From Lama glama (taxonomy: Eukaryota), in NCBI GenBank assembly GCA_028534125.1, contig CM052816.1, positions 61,382,001 through 61,446,000 on the forward strand: 64,000 nt of DNA, written 5' to 3'. Shown piece after piece: positions 51,657 through 64,000 of this stretch. The notes below the pieces were generated by a model. The model did not search any database. It had not been told where the DNA came from and saw only the letters and a program-made list of their open reading frames with translations. A program made the translations under genes and the position numbers. Position 1 is the first letter of the stretch. Every line of letters begins with the position of its first letter.

Positions 51657-54469
51657 GTAAGGAAGACTTCACAATATTCAATGAAACCGTTTTTTTTTTA
51701 AATTAAAACTTGTGCTTTGCTTGTCTTCCGAATAACGCGTAGAAAACTTTTTTCTGTGTCTGTTTTTTTTTTTTTAATGGCAATGAGTGAGCTTGACTGA
51801 ACTCATTTTACAGATAGAAATCTTTTAACTCCAGACTAGTCGGGGGATGGAGAATTCTGGGTCTTGCAAATATTTTATGATGCGAAAAAGATACGTTTAT
51901 TATACAAATAGACGTGTTTTGTGAAGTGTGACTTGATTATGATTTTTGTGGTCTTTAATCACCAAAAAGTAATCGGGAAAGTAATAATGATGTGTATTTG
52001 AAACTGATTTCCAGTTTTCTTAAAGAAAAACCTTCTGCATTTTATAGTTTCAAGTCAGTGTCTTAAGTAGTCAGACAAGTGCATATTTTATGCCTGGGCT
52101 AGAGGGCAGAATTAATGTGCTAGCTATAGCCTCGATGCTCAAGGATATGTTAAGCTCTTAATAGGCTAATCAAAGAGATGGAAATGTGTGTTTTTGATTT
52201 ACTTTTGGTCACTTGGGACGTGCTAGACTCATAACCCTCCGGAGCCTTGAATATGGGGGTATGTCTGTATATATGGTATATGAGATCAAAGTTCAGAGAT
52301 TGGTTGGGGTGGGGGTTGTGCTGGAGGGGTTATTGGAAAGCTGCCTTGTGATAATGTATACTACAATTCCTGTCTTTGGTAATTTCTTTCCTTGTTGTAC
52401 TGGAGGCAAAGAGAGCGAGAGAGTGAGAAAGCGCACTGAGAGGGAACAAGAGAGTGAGTTTCTTACTCTTGTTTTTATTTGAGCTGCCGGTGCAACGCGT
52501 TTGGGCCAAATGCCAACTGTCTGGGTCACACGCGTTTTATCCAAATAGATTTAGCGCTGCTGTCTGGAAATGGGCTGCTGAATGTTAACTTTAGGATCAA
52601 CTCAACCAGGGCAGCTCAGACTGTTACCCTCTGTCTGGGTGAAGTGGGATGGGGGGGCGGTGGGGGGTGAGGGTGTGCAAAACGGGGGCAGGAAAGGGAA
52701 AACTGAACCATTGCTTGGAATTTTTAAAAACATTCTGGAGTGTGATTTTCAACATATTCTTTTATGTTCAAATTTCTCATACAAATTTTCTTTTCTTCCT
52801 TTTTCTTTCCTTTTTAAGCTTATATTGATTAGACTGAAATTTAGATGTGTGAATGACAGTTCTCAAAATTCATGACAGGAAAAGATATGTAACATAAAAC
52901 TGGTATAGTTGAAAGGAAATTGAGAAAATTATTTTTGGAGATAATTGTTTTCCTGTGTTTCACCAAAGTGGTAGCTGCAGTTCTGGTTTATATTAATTTA
53001 GTGTTTATATGTGATCGCTGGTGTTTTGGATTTTTGAAAAATAGCTGTAGAGGCAAATACGTTGATTTCAAACAAGTCCAGTTTCATTCATTTCTCACAA
53101 ATGGCAGCAAATGAAATATATGTTGTGGTATTAATATTTTTGTGATTCTCAAGGGGAAAACCTCTAACCTCAAGACCTTAAATATTTTAATACTTTTCAT
53201 GTCTGGGCCAATACGTGTAAGATTAATTGCTACTCTTGTCTACTCTTACCACTTCCTCTTCATTTCCTTAGCAACCATTGGTAGCTACTAGTGGTTTAGC
53301 ACAGGCCTCTATGCCAGATCTTACCCTGTGTATGCTTTTTGTGAGAGAATAAAGAGAGGTAACATATTAAGAGAGTTAATAGCACATTCTTTGGAGCATT
53401 TTTTGGGGGGAAGAGTAAAAGATGGAAGAGATGGATAGCTCTTTTGGTTCTACCAAAAGGCATAGTTGATTATCAACATTTTGAGCTAACCTCAAGAGAA
53501 AAATGTGTTTCTATTTTTCAGGAGAGAAGTTTTAATACAGATAACATATATTTAACTTTCCATCTGGAAAAAAAGTTTGGGACTACATTTAATTTAGGGC
53601 TTGATTTTTATAGAATAATATTTTGTAATTTTGCTTTTGGCTCATTACCTTTTCTTGTTAGGTAACTTTTGAGTGTCTTTAACTACATCCTTCCTTGGTA
53701 ACCAATCTCACAAAATTGATGAATGACCTGGAATCCTTTGTACTTCAATTCTTGGCATATTGTGGGTGACAATAAATATTTGTTGGGAGAATAAATGGAA
53801 AATGAGATGAGAAGTTAATTTTCACATATAAAAATTAAATAACCTGAAGGAAGCACAGTATTGTTGCTTCCTCTGTGAAAAAAACGAATCAGCTTTAAAA
53901 GAAATAACCAGACTTAAGATGGATGAGAGAAGTTGAAAAGGATGTTAGATGTGTTCTTTAGCTCCATAATAATAGTTCATGGGAGGAAATCATTACCTTG
54001 GCTACTCCTAGATCATTTGAGTGGGAAGTAAGGATGATAGAGGAAAAAGACAAGTAAGTACTCTTCAACCAGGGCAGACTACTGAGGGAGTCACTGAAGC
54101 ACAAGTTGTCTGATCTTATTTCTACTTAGCTAGTTTAGCTTTGATCCATGGAAGCAGGTAAATGATCCCTTAACTTTACCAGTTGGTGCATTTGTATTAG
54201 GGGAAAAAAAGCATATGTGAAATCAAAGTAAAATGCAAGTTCTGATTCTCTTTTCAAATTTTAAATAGTTGTAAGCCCAATTATCATGACTTTTTCTTTA
54301 CTGTTTGCTCTGAAAGAGAGTATAACCTAGTTGGTCGATTGATTACATCATCATATTCAGCAATTCCACATTTTTAAGGGAAGGAGGAACATGAAGCTAT
54401 TTTTTGAAGGAAGGCCTTTGAAAAGTGATGACTCAGATAAGCAGAAGAAGGGGGCTCATATTTATGTAG

Positions 54470-54650
54470 CCATTAAAATGAAATGTGTGGACACTTTACA
54501 TCATGTGTAATCTAATTTAATCTCTCAACAAGTCTTTGTAAGGTAGATAACATTATCATGGTTTTAGAGATGAGGAAGCAGATCCAGAGAGGTTAAGTTG
54601 GAGTCAAGCCAGGACTCAAAGCCTTTGTGCTTTCTGCAGCATAATCTACC
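54470..54650 (-). mobile_element. MIR fragment
   Basis: atttaatctctcaacaa ... aggtagata ... ttttagagatgaggaagcaga..cagagaggttaag MIR core. Confidence 0.7.
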
Positions 54651-55602
54651 ATACTATTTAAAGAATTAATGCATTATGATTTTGGGACAATTGTGTAGTA
54701 TTTTAATGTTCATCTGAATTTTGGAAACCATATCTGGGAAAGCTAGTGCCTATGTATATTTATTAATGATGTCCAGATTAACCTCACCAGTAGGTGCGAG
54801 AAAGTAGGTTCTCCCACTTATTTTTATTGTGTACATGACTAGCAGTGGTTAGATATGTTAATTGTTATGGATTGTAATTGAGCTTAAGCCAACTCATTTT
54901 CTTATTGTAAGTTTCTTCACTGACACTGGGGCCCTGAAAAATGTGGAGTGGGAAGAGGGTAGTGAGAAAGGAGAAAGAAATTCAAATTTCTTGAGTGCCC
55001 ATGTGCCAGGTATCATACATAGTGGTGGAACCACGACTGTAGCTCTGGTTTGCTTAACTTCAAAGCTCCTGCTCTTTCTGTTATACATCAATGCCCTTCT
55101 TACTACAGGTCCTTAAAAGAACTGTTAGTTTACTTCTGGCCAAGTAGTTACATACTACTTTTCCTCTCAATGCCACTGACTTACTTATCTTGAGCATTTA
55201 TAGGACAGTTCTAGTAATGGTGAGAGTGGGAGTTAAAAAACTGTGAAGAGCAGAAAATTTCTCAAGGGGAAAAAAAATTGTTCCCTAAACCCAGCTAACT
55301 ATATTGTAAGTTTGTCAGTTTCAGAGCCCAGGAAAATTGGAAAAAAGAATGAATGATTCACTACAAATCTATCATCACTACTAGAAAATTAACTCAAATG
55401 TGTTAATTATATATTCCTCTTTAAATGGAAGATTAAATTATATGAGGGGCTCACTCAATGTCAGACAGTTTTATGCAAAACATTCAAGTAATCTGATAAA
55501 TATTAAAACAATGAAGAGTAAGTGTTTATGAAGCAACAATTATGGAGTAGCAGATTGTAGGTAAGTAGGTTGGAAAACAAGATAACTGGATTATTTTCTT
55601 TA

Positions 55603-55817
55603 CAACTGACACTTGAACAACACAGGGTTGAGCTGTGCAGGTCTACTTTTACAAGGATTTTTTTTTTTTTCAATAGCAATTCTGAACTACTACATGGTCC
55701 TCAATTAGTTGAATCCCCTCTGAAGGAACTATTCATGTGGAGGACCAATGATAAGTTATATTCAGATTTTTGCAGAAGGTCAGTGCCCCTAACCCACATT
55801 TGTTCAAGAGTCAATTC
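55603..55817. mobile_element. Tigger2-type non-autonomous DNA transposon (MITE)
   Basis: Terminal inverted repeats caactgacacttgaacaa / ttgttcaagagtcaattc, flanked by TA on both sides. Confidence 0.85.
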
Positions 55818-56177
55818 TACTGTTATTAAATAATGGTGTGATTTAATCTCTTTAGAGTTTTTTTTTTCCTGAGAAAGGATATATAGTGTCTGTTGTCATT
55901 TCTAAATCATCACAGAAGTAATTTTGAGATGAAGCAATTTTTTGTATCAAGTTACTTAAAACTGTTCATGTTAATTAACCTGTGTCATTTATGAATATCT
56001 GATTGTATGCAATTGCTACTAAATATTTAAATTCGAGTAGCTAGAAATGGAAGTGTGATGTAATACAAAGAATTTTGACTTTGGAGCCAGGTAATCTTAT
56101 GTATGAATTTGGGCTCTGCTGTTTTTGAGCTGTGTGGCCACTATGGGCTTCAACTTCTTTATTTGTAAACTGGCAGC

Positions 56178-56743
56178 TGTATTAGTTATCAATTGCTGTA
56201 AAAAAACCAAAAACCAAAAACAAAACCATGGACTTAGCAGCTGAAAACAACACACATTTATTAACTCACAGTTTCTGTGATTTCAGGAGTTCTGTGGTTG
56301 ATGGCTTAGCTCTGTGTTGTGTTTCAGGGACTGTTGCAAGGCCACCACAGTCAAAGCGTTGGCAAGGACTGGGGTCACCACAGAAGGCTTGAGTCGGGAG
56401 GGTATGCTTCTAAGTTCACATATTAGCGGGCAGGATTCAGTATCTTGTAAGCTATTGCCCTGAAGGCCTCAGTTACTTGCTAGTGGTTATCTGAAGGCTG
56501 CTCTCAGTTCCTTGCCGTGTGAGCCTCTCCATATGGCGACTTGCTTCATCAAAGCCAATAAGGAGAGACTACTAGAAAGGTGGAAGTCAGAATCTTTTGT
56601 AATCTTATCATGGAAGTGACATCCCATCAGTTTGGAGGTATTCTATTGGTTAGAATCAAATTACTCAAAGAAAGAGGATGGATACAAGGGCAAGGATATC
56701 AGGAGGTAGGATCATTGGACCATTGTAGATTCTGCCTGATTCA
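56178..56743. mobile_element. MaLR (MLT1-like) solo LTR inserted in a MIR
   Basis: tgtattagttatcaattgctgt start; MIR-like sequence on both sides (56055-56177 and 56744-56800). Confidence 0.75.
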
Positions 56744-58625
56744 GGGGCAATAATACCTACTTTACAAGATTTTTGTTAATGTTAAAAGAAGTAACGTATA
56801 TTTAAAGTTCTCTTTATTTTTGGTCTAACCTTAAACTACCTTTCTATTACCTGTTAGTCTTCTGCACAAGGACCAAACTTACTATTACTACTTTTACTGA
56901 TACTATTTTCCTTTTTTTCTTGCTATCTAGACTTTGTGGAATCTGTTTCTTTAATTTGTTAGGATTGCCCCCAGCAACTGGACTTGCGAAAGTACTTCCG
57001 TCTTCCAGAGCCTATCTCAAATGCTACTTTTTTTCATGAACTTTCTTCACTCATTCTTATTTGACTTACAACTTATCCCCCTCATCTGATCTCCTCTAAC
57101 ACCTTTCATAACTTTATTATGGCATATGTCGGTCTGTCCTAATTTTTCCTTTGTTCCTTAGATTATGAGCTCCCTAAGGACAACGACGGTAACTTAATCT
57201 TTTCTTATCCCCATGTTGGCATAACATCATTTAAAAAACATAGTAAGACAATATTTGTTGATTAATGGATTAGTTTTTCCAGGTTGAGCAGTTTAATAAC
57301 TTGTAGAGACAGACATAAATGATTGTGGTTGTAATTACCAATATTTATAGCACTATAGGGAATGAAGTATTCCACATTTGTTAATTTTACAATCAACCTT
57401 AAATATCCTTTAATATACCTAAAGTGACTTTATTTTAATCACTATTTATTTATTCATTTACTCATTCATTTTTTTCAACCAACCAATATGGGATTATTAT
57501 ATGATAATACTATATATTAAGGATTTGGGATGAAAATCTTTCTATAATATCTTTTGTGTACTTCTCTATCATAGCAGTAAGTTATCTTATTAGTAGTAAT
57601 TTAACCTTTTATTCCTGACTCAGGCATAGTGTTTAGAATATCAGATATTGAACTGTAACACAGTCATATACACAATATGAACTGTTAAGCTATATAAGGG
57701 CCATTTGCCTCTATCCCAAACTGTATTGCTTTGGGGTTCTAAAACTATTTTCTAGTTTTTCCTCTTCTTTTGTCACTTTAATGCTTTCAGAGAGCTAGTT
57801 TCTAATCCCATTATTTTTTTCTTTTAAAGTGCTGTATGCTGGGAAGTCAGGTAGCCAACTACGCTACTGTTTTGTATAAAATGTGAATTCATGGACTCTG
57901 AGTGAAGTTGTAAGTCGAAAGGAGAGTACATAAAATCTGTTGTGATACCTGAGATGAATTTTTAAAAATTCTTTTCATAAAATTAATTTCTTTTTTTACA
58001 GTTACATTCTAGATTAAATTGTTTCATATGTGTTGCTTATGACTCATATAAGACTTCCCAGATAGAGTCCAGGGTTACTGTAAATATGCTTCAACTTTTT
58101 AGAAGTTTAGTTTATGCTACTGTGTGAGCTTTCACAGACAGCTGCTCAGTGCCACTGTGTATTTGTAGATGTACTCTCTAAGAAAAAAATGATAAGTGCC
58201 TCATAAAGCAACAAGTCAGTCTCTGGATAGGAGAGTACTGAAAAGCATGTTAAGGAATGAGATCACATACTGTTTATCACTTTCATAAAATGAACTCTGT
58301 GAAGTCAGCTTGTTTTTTATTTTATCAGAAGGAGGTTAGATACTTGTACAATATCTTCAAAGTTCTAAAAAGAGAATTTTTATGATTCCCTTTCAAATTC
58401 CATCTTTGATTATTAAGTAGCTCTGGCATTATCCTGCTAACCATTTAGTTTTCTAATTCTGTGTTTAGTCTTGTGAATGTTTATTTAAATTACAAATCAC
58501 AACATTGATCTGATTTAATTATATTATTGTATAGTATATGTCCTTTGGCAAGCATTCAGCAATATAGATCTGTCCATTCAGTATATTTTTCATTTACCTT
58601 AAACTTTTTTTGTTTGTTTTTCTAG

Positions 58626-59062
<437 letters not shown>

Positions 59063-60049
59063 TAAATATTTAGGTTGGGTGAATGTCTTCTATGGGATAT
59101 GCAGTGGTAGGAGTAGAGTCCTACTGTGTCAATTCAGTGCTAATTTCATAAGTGTTAAAGGCTTTAAGAGTCTGTCTACTAGTGTTTCACATCCACTGCA
59201 ATTTAGGGTTGACTGGTCTTTCTTAGAAGATAGACTCAGGACTCTTCTTTTGAATCCTAAACTTTAGTAGGCTCACTCATTCCTAGGGTTTATAGGCAAG
59301 GTATGTTCAAAAGGAATCCAAAGGTTTGTCCTGTAAAAGCAAGAAGCCAGACAAATTCTGATACAATATCCTTCTGATATGGACCTTTAGTGGAAAAAAA
59401 AAAAAAAAGTCTCCAAACTTAAGAACTCTGATCTAAGGAGTAAGAGCTGGATTAAAGAGTAAGAGTTATAAGAAGTTTAACTTTTCGAATTTGAATCCAT
59501 AAATCCCTATAATTTTAATACATAGAATTGAACTTAATATCATAGAAAAGATCTTAACAGAGGTCCCAGGAAGGGAAGGTCATTTTGTTTTCCTAGGTCA
59601 GTCTAATTACAGAATTATTGAAAGCATACCTTTTGGATTCTCCTCTCATGAATGTATAGTAACAGATCATTTTTTGGTGCTAATGAGCCAGATTTTCAAG
59701 GCTGTTACAGATTGATGTAGAAATCCAGAAGTCCATGTGTACAAAATGTGGCTCTCAAGGTAGATCAACAAAGTCAAAGCATTTAGTATGAACTTTTATT
59801 TATAAGAAGTGAAATAAATATTGTCTTTCATTTTTTTTCCCATTTGATCATGGTTTCATGGGAGTTTATATTTGTGGATGAACTCCATGTATAGATAGTG
59901 AAGTAATTTGAAGACATTTGGTTCTTTTTTAATGGTAAACTTAGGTAAAGGGAGATGTGATTAAGGAAGTAGACTGGTAATATTTAGTACGCCTAAGTGA
60001 GGAAAATATATTTAATAGTACTTTGAATTTTTTTGTCAATGTGATGATT

Positions 60050-60705
60050 TTTAAACAACTTTATTGAGGTATAATATACATACCATATAATCAACCATTT
60101 AAAGTATACAATTCAAAGGTTTACAGTAAATTTGTAGAGCTGTACAACCATCATCACAATCAATATTAGAATATTTTCATCACCCCCAAAAGAAACTGTG
60201 TGCTCATTAACAGTCACTCCCAATTTCCTTCTAAACCACCTTCCCTGCCAGCCCCAGGCAAACTCTAATGTATTTCTGTCCATAAAGATTTGCCTATTCT
60301 GTATATTTTATATAAATAGAATCATGTGACTGGTTCTTTTTACTTAGCATAGTGTTTTTATAATATTAGATAATGAGTTTTGGTTTTGAAGGCAGTTATT
60401 ATGGAGGTTCATTCATGCCATAGCATGTATCACTACTGCTTTCCTTTTTATTCCAGAGTAATATTCCATTGTGTGAATATACCTCATTGTATTTATTCCT
60501 TCATCAGTTAATGAGCATTTGGGTTATTTCCTCCTTTTGGCTATTATGAATAATGCTGCTGTGAACACTCACATACAAGTTTTTGTGTGGCTATATGTTT
60601 TCATTTCTCTTGTAAAGATACCTAAAAGTGAAATTGCTAGGTCAGATGGTAGGTAGTTCCATGTTTAGCTTTTTGAGGAACTGCCAAAGTGGCTGCTGTA
60701 TTTTA
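60050..60705 (-). mobile_element. L1 3' end (L1MB/MC-like)
   Basis: ctttattgaggtataat ... catttaaagtatacaattc ... ggctattatgaataatgctgctgtgaaca. Confidence 0.85.
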
Positions 60706-61070
60706 TACTGTGACTGATAATCTAAAAAAAAAAATCACCAAGGCTATAGAGATTCTATATAACCTCCTTTGGATAGCTTTTATAAATATATTTTATCTGA
60801 ATGAAATTCTGTTCTTTTACATGTGTACTTTTCACTGTTTTTTATTTCAATATAAAATATTCATATTTACTGTAGAATTTAGCCCTTAGAATTAATGTTT
60901 TTAAAATAAATTTAAAAAAGAAAAAAGCCTTTTAAAATAATATTATTTTAAAGAATGAAATAATTGGAGCTCCATTCATCTTTAGATTTTAAACTTTTAC
61001 TATTTCATTTTTATTTTATGTAACATGTTTTGTTCATACCTCTCATGTAATGATGCATAGTTTTAACTGA

Positions 61071-61556
<486 letters not shown>

Positions 61557-64000
61557 TGATGGGGAAATAAATTCACAATGTAAATGTCTTTCTCCAGATT
61601 AAAAAAATATAAATGGTTTACCTAGGGATGGTAAAATTATTAAAATTATTTCTGCTGCCTTTGCTCTTAAGCTTTTTAATAATGTTTGCATTGACTTTTC
61701 AAAGTAAGAACTCTTTTTAAAACTCCGTATTACTGAGTAGAAGAATGAGCGAAACTTCATGTTTCCGCTTAGATTTTACATTTTTCTGTTCAAATACGAT
61801 ATCCTTAATGAATAAACAAAACTCAATCATTGATGAAGAGCTTAAGAGCATATGTGTATGTATGTGTATTATGGCAGGAAACCATGGCACCGATTGCCTC
61901 CTTAGGTCTCTTTCTATAGTATCTTTCTCTGGTAATTAACATAGCTTAAAACTACTTATGACCTACTTATGTTTATAAATTCTTGAAGAAAAACCTTTTA
62001 TACCAATGTTTCTTTTATGAAATAATTTTCCTTACATTTATCTGAAGATTGATAATAAATCTTATTTTATTTAGAAATTAGATTTCAAAAGTATAAGGTC
62101 TATGCTGAGCATTTGAGTTCATTTAATGGTAAATACACAGTTCAAGGTTGCACATAGTAATGCTTGTAGAACAAAGCATAATCTTCTATTTCCTCTACTT
62201 TTTCTACTCTGCACTTGTGCTACTGCTTTACCCTGTTCAGGCTAATGTAGATGTTCCACTGAATCTTTGTGTAAAAGAGTACAGACATTTTGATGCTCAG
62301 CTCATATTTTTCAGAAACTGTTTTTCTTCTTTACTCTGTCACATCCGTATCCTCATTCCTACTTCAGTATAAAAAACACTTAATTGGATTTGGGTTTAAG
62401 TAAGTTCTAAATTTGAAAGGAGTAAAAGAACCATAGAGTGGAGAAAAAAATTTTGCTGTAGATAATGTGTATAAGAATTTGCTCAGATTGTCTGTTTTCT
62501 ATAACTTAAACAAATTTTTTTATTAAAGTGTAGTTGATTTACATCTATAACTGTTGAGTCAAAATGATTACTTAGATTTTAATATTTAGATTTAAAATAG
62601 GTACATTGAGTAAATTTATCACTAGCTTGTTTCTCTGTAAGCAATTGTTAAGCGTTATATACAATAGAGACTTATCTTTGTGAATAAAGATAAATTATTC
62701 AGAATAAATTTGTTTTAAAACTTCTTATATGTTAAAATGACATTTGTTGTTAAATATCATAGAAAAATACTGCTCCTTGTGATTGACCAAGCTCTTTAAA
62801 TTTGGCATTAACATTAATTATGCCATTGATAATCTTAACAGTGTGGTGAAATGAACAGATTTGAGATTTAGGGAGAAAAAAAAAACTAATTCCATTGTGA
62901 GATTTGAGGGAAGAGGAGTGATTGGAGATATGAAGATGAGTTAGATCATGTAGGAGATAATGAAGGCCTTTACAAAGACTCTGGCACTGGGAATGGAAAA
63001 GATAGGATGAATTTGAACCATATTTTGGTGAGAAAATTTATAGGATTTGTGTCTTATTAATCTTCTCTTCCCTGGGATATAGTATATAGTAGATATTTGG
63101 TAATATTCTAAAAAATTGACGTATTAGTGAACTCAGTGTGTGAGAGAAAGAAATTGAAGATAGCTGAGGTTTCTCTTTTGGATGAGGCTGTATATGAATT
63201 TTGCTAGTTGAGAAAGGGAATCCTAGTGGAATGTTGGATTGGAAAGGAAGATACAGAGACTGATTTTGATACAGTAAATGTGAGGAATCTGAAGAAATAA
63301 AGGTTAAAGGTGTCTAGTTGACATTTGGGAACTATAGCTCTGATCAGAATTTAGAAAAGAATTTAATTCTGGAAACAAGTAATTTGAGAGTCATTAATAT
63401 AAGTGACTACTGATGAAATTGTGAAAGATGTTGTTGATGAGTCAAAAGTGAGAATAAAGTTGAAGCTGGAAAGTTTTCTTTACTTAAGGTGATAGTAGAG
63501 TGTCACCCAACTATTCTTCATCCTCATTGAGACTTTCTGTGTCTCTTGTTCTTGTTCCTTCTGTTTGTTAACACCTGTTTTGCTTTGCTTCCTATTGAAA
63601 CTGCATGGTCCATGTTTACTAACTTTGATTACTTGTTTAAGGTGTGTGGTCTGCCAGGTTTGTCCACTAAAGTTACTATTTTCCCCTTGGCAACTAATAA
63701 GGAATTTGTGAGCAGATACTTGGAGATTATGTGAATATCCTATTCATCATCACACTTTTACCCACCAATCTTAGTAATCCTCACCTTCATTCTTATTTTA
63801 TATCATGTTACATTTTTAATCAAGTGGAATATGTAAACAAGTTTTTTTAAACCCCACTTTTCTTAGGCCCCTTTTGACCAATTCTGTTTTTAATTGTTTT
63901 ATATAAAATAGTTTTTGATATTGAGATCATAGTGTTTTCTAATCCTATTTCCTTTCCCATAGTTTGTGTTACAACACTTGCACCATTCAAAAAAAAAAAT

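Overview
Mammalian (eutherian) genomic DNA, AT-rich and repeat-dense. Repeated tRNA-derived SINEs of the Vic-1 type suggest a camelid. The window holds the conserved PPWD1-CENPK-ADAMTS6 block. (1) PPWD1 coding exon 1 is on the minus strand (2865-2676) and shares a CpG-rich, CCAAT-box bidirectional promoter with (2) a complete CENPK gene on the plus strand: 9 coding exons assembled by hand from 9678 to 33650, 816 nt, 271 aa, all GT-AG, frame intact. (3) The 5' end of ADAMTS6 follows on the plus strand: promoter near 51.0 kb, a non-coding first exon, the ATG exon and the prodomain exon. The rest is L1, L2, CR1/L3, MIR, MaLR/ERVL LTR, Tigger and SINE remnants, plus one 100-N assembly gap. I see no new protein-coding system. 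The most notable observations are a ~3 kb ORF1-only 'half-L1' element, a poly(A)-tailed insertion between direct repeats that carries a proximal AATAAA in the CENPK 3'UTR, and a heavily uORF-loaded ADAMTS6 leader whose longest uORF runs through a T14 tract. Gene and repeat-family names come from my recall of orthologues and consensus sequences, not from a database search. Repeat boundaries are approximate.
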